Below are positions 63,387 to 64,000 of a stretch of DNA of 64,000 bases, piece after piece; the stretch's first letter is position 1; the number at the start of each line of letters is the position of its first letter. This DNA is from an uncultured Francisella sp. (GTDB lineage Bacteria > Pseudomonadota > Gammaproteobacteria > Burkholderiales > Neisseriaceae), in assembly GCA_943914555.1 (NCBI GenBank), contig CALUCM010000004.1, forward strand, positions 2,137 through 66,136. The letters run 5' to 3'. A program made the position numbers and the translations under genes. Below the pieces are notes generated by a model, which was not told the DNA's origin, searched no databases, and saw nothing but the letters and a program-made list of their open reading frames with translations.

Positions 63387-64000
63387 CTATAGTCGATAAT
63401 GCATATCAACAAAAATACCTTGTCTAATCAAGTAATTATAGTTCCTACCTTCATATCCAAATTTAACGATGTTATGTTTGTTTTTCTTATATTTCATATA
63501 GATAGCCCAGTCTCCTTCATAGTTAGCAATCAGCTTAATTTTACGTTTAAATTGCACAGGCGCATGTTTAATACTACCAATTAATTTTAATTTGCTCAGT
63601 GATTGATTGTACTGCGCTTGTGCCTGCATACCGATTGTCAATCGATCTGTAGGATACTTTTTGCTCTCCAAATTAAATTTGCCTTCCCCATGAATATAAA
63701 ACCAGTTATTAGGCATGAAAGAAACAGAAGTACTACGAGTATCATAATCTTCATAACGATGATTGATCATATAGCCTGGACCAAACAAGCCTCTTAATCT
63801 AAAGATCACATCCTCATTTTCCCAATTTAATTTCATGACACCAGCAACCACTACTTTTTGGCTACTTAAGTCTGCTCTTTCATAGCGATCCTTCATACTT
63901 AAAGGAAGTTTGCCTTCGAAAGTTACCTCCCGCCTTACTTGGTAATAACTTTCTGTAATTTGACTTTCCAAACCCAAAGATAAATAATCATTCAAATAAT
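63387..64000 (-). CDS. Hypothetical protein, C-terminal fragment (N-terminus lies beyond the window end); possibly an outer-membrane protein
   Basis: The ORF is open to the window edge. It has alternating hydrophobic/aromatic beta-strand-like segments, and no family was recognised. Confidence 0.35.
   Translation of the reverse strand, partial: YLNDYLSLGLESQITESYYQVRREVTFEGKLPLSMKDRYERADLSSQKVVVAGVMKLNWENEDVIFRLRGLFGPGYMINHRYEDYDTRSTSVSFMPNNWFYIHGEGKFNLESKKYPTDRLTIGMQAQAQYNQSLSKLKLIGSIKHAPVQFKRKIKLIANYEGDWAIYMKYKKNKHNIVKFGYEGRNYNYLIRQGIFVDMHYRL

Overview
This is an AT-rich gammaproteobacterial chromosomal segment, probably from Legionellales or a relative. That taxonomic placement is an inference from gene content and codon bias, not from any search. 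Nearly all of it is conserved housekeeping sequence. The window contains the origin-proximal blocks rpmH-rnpA-yidD-yidC (plus strand) and dnaA-dnaN-gyrB (minus strand). It also contains dnaX-ybaB-recR, rpsF-priB-rpsR-rplI, ndk-rlmN-pilF-ispG-hisS-yfgM-der, phoB-phoR, a metal ABC importer, pqiABC, purL, dnaB, hfq and a type IV minor-pilin operon (fimT-like, pilV, pilW, pilX, pilE). I found no mobile elements, integrases, CRISPR arrays, toxin-antitoxin pairs or recognisable defence genes, so I cannot support a claim of a novel multi-gene system here.

The most notable observations are these:
- a dnaX -1 frameshift site (A AAA AAA AAG with an immediate -1-frame stop);
- a CobB-like sirtuin that has lost its Zn-ribbon cysteines and the GTS/VYPAA strand;
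- an orphan AlgZ/FimS-type histidine kinase beside argH with no AlgR partner;
- a minor-pilin operon without pilY1;
- loss of recF, mnmE, bamB and rodZ from otherwise canonical gene blocks;
- a frameshifted small ORF that shares a bidirectional terminator;
- several perfect palindromes in intergenic regions.

All protein identifications come from motifs and alignments recalled from memory. No database search was possible.
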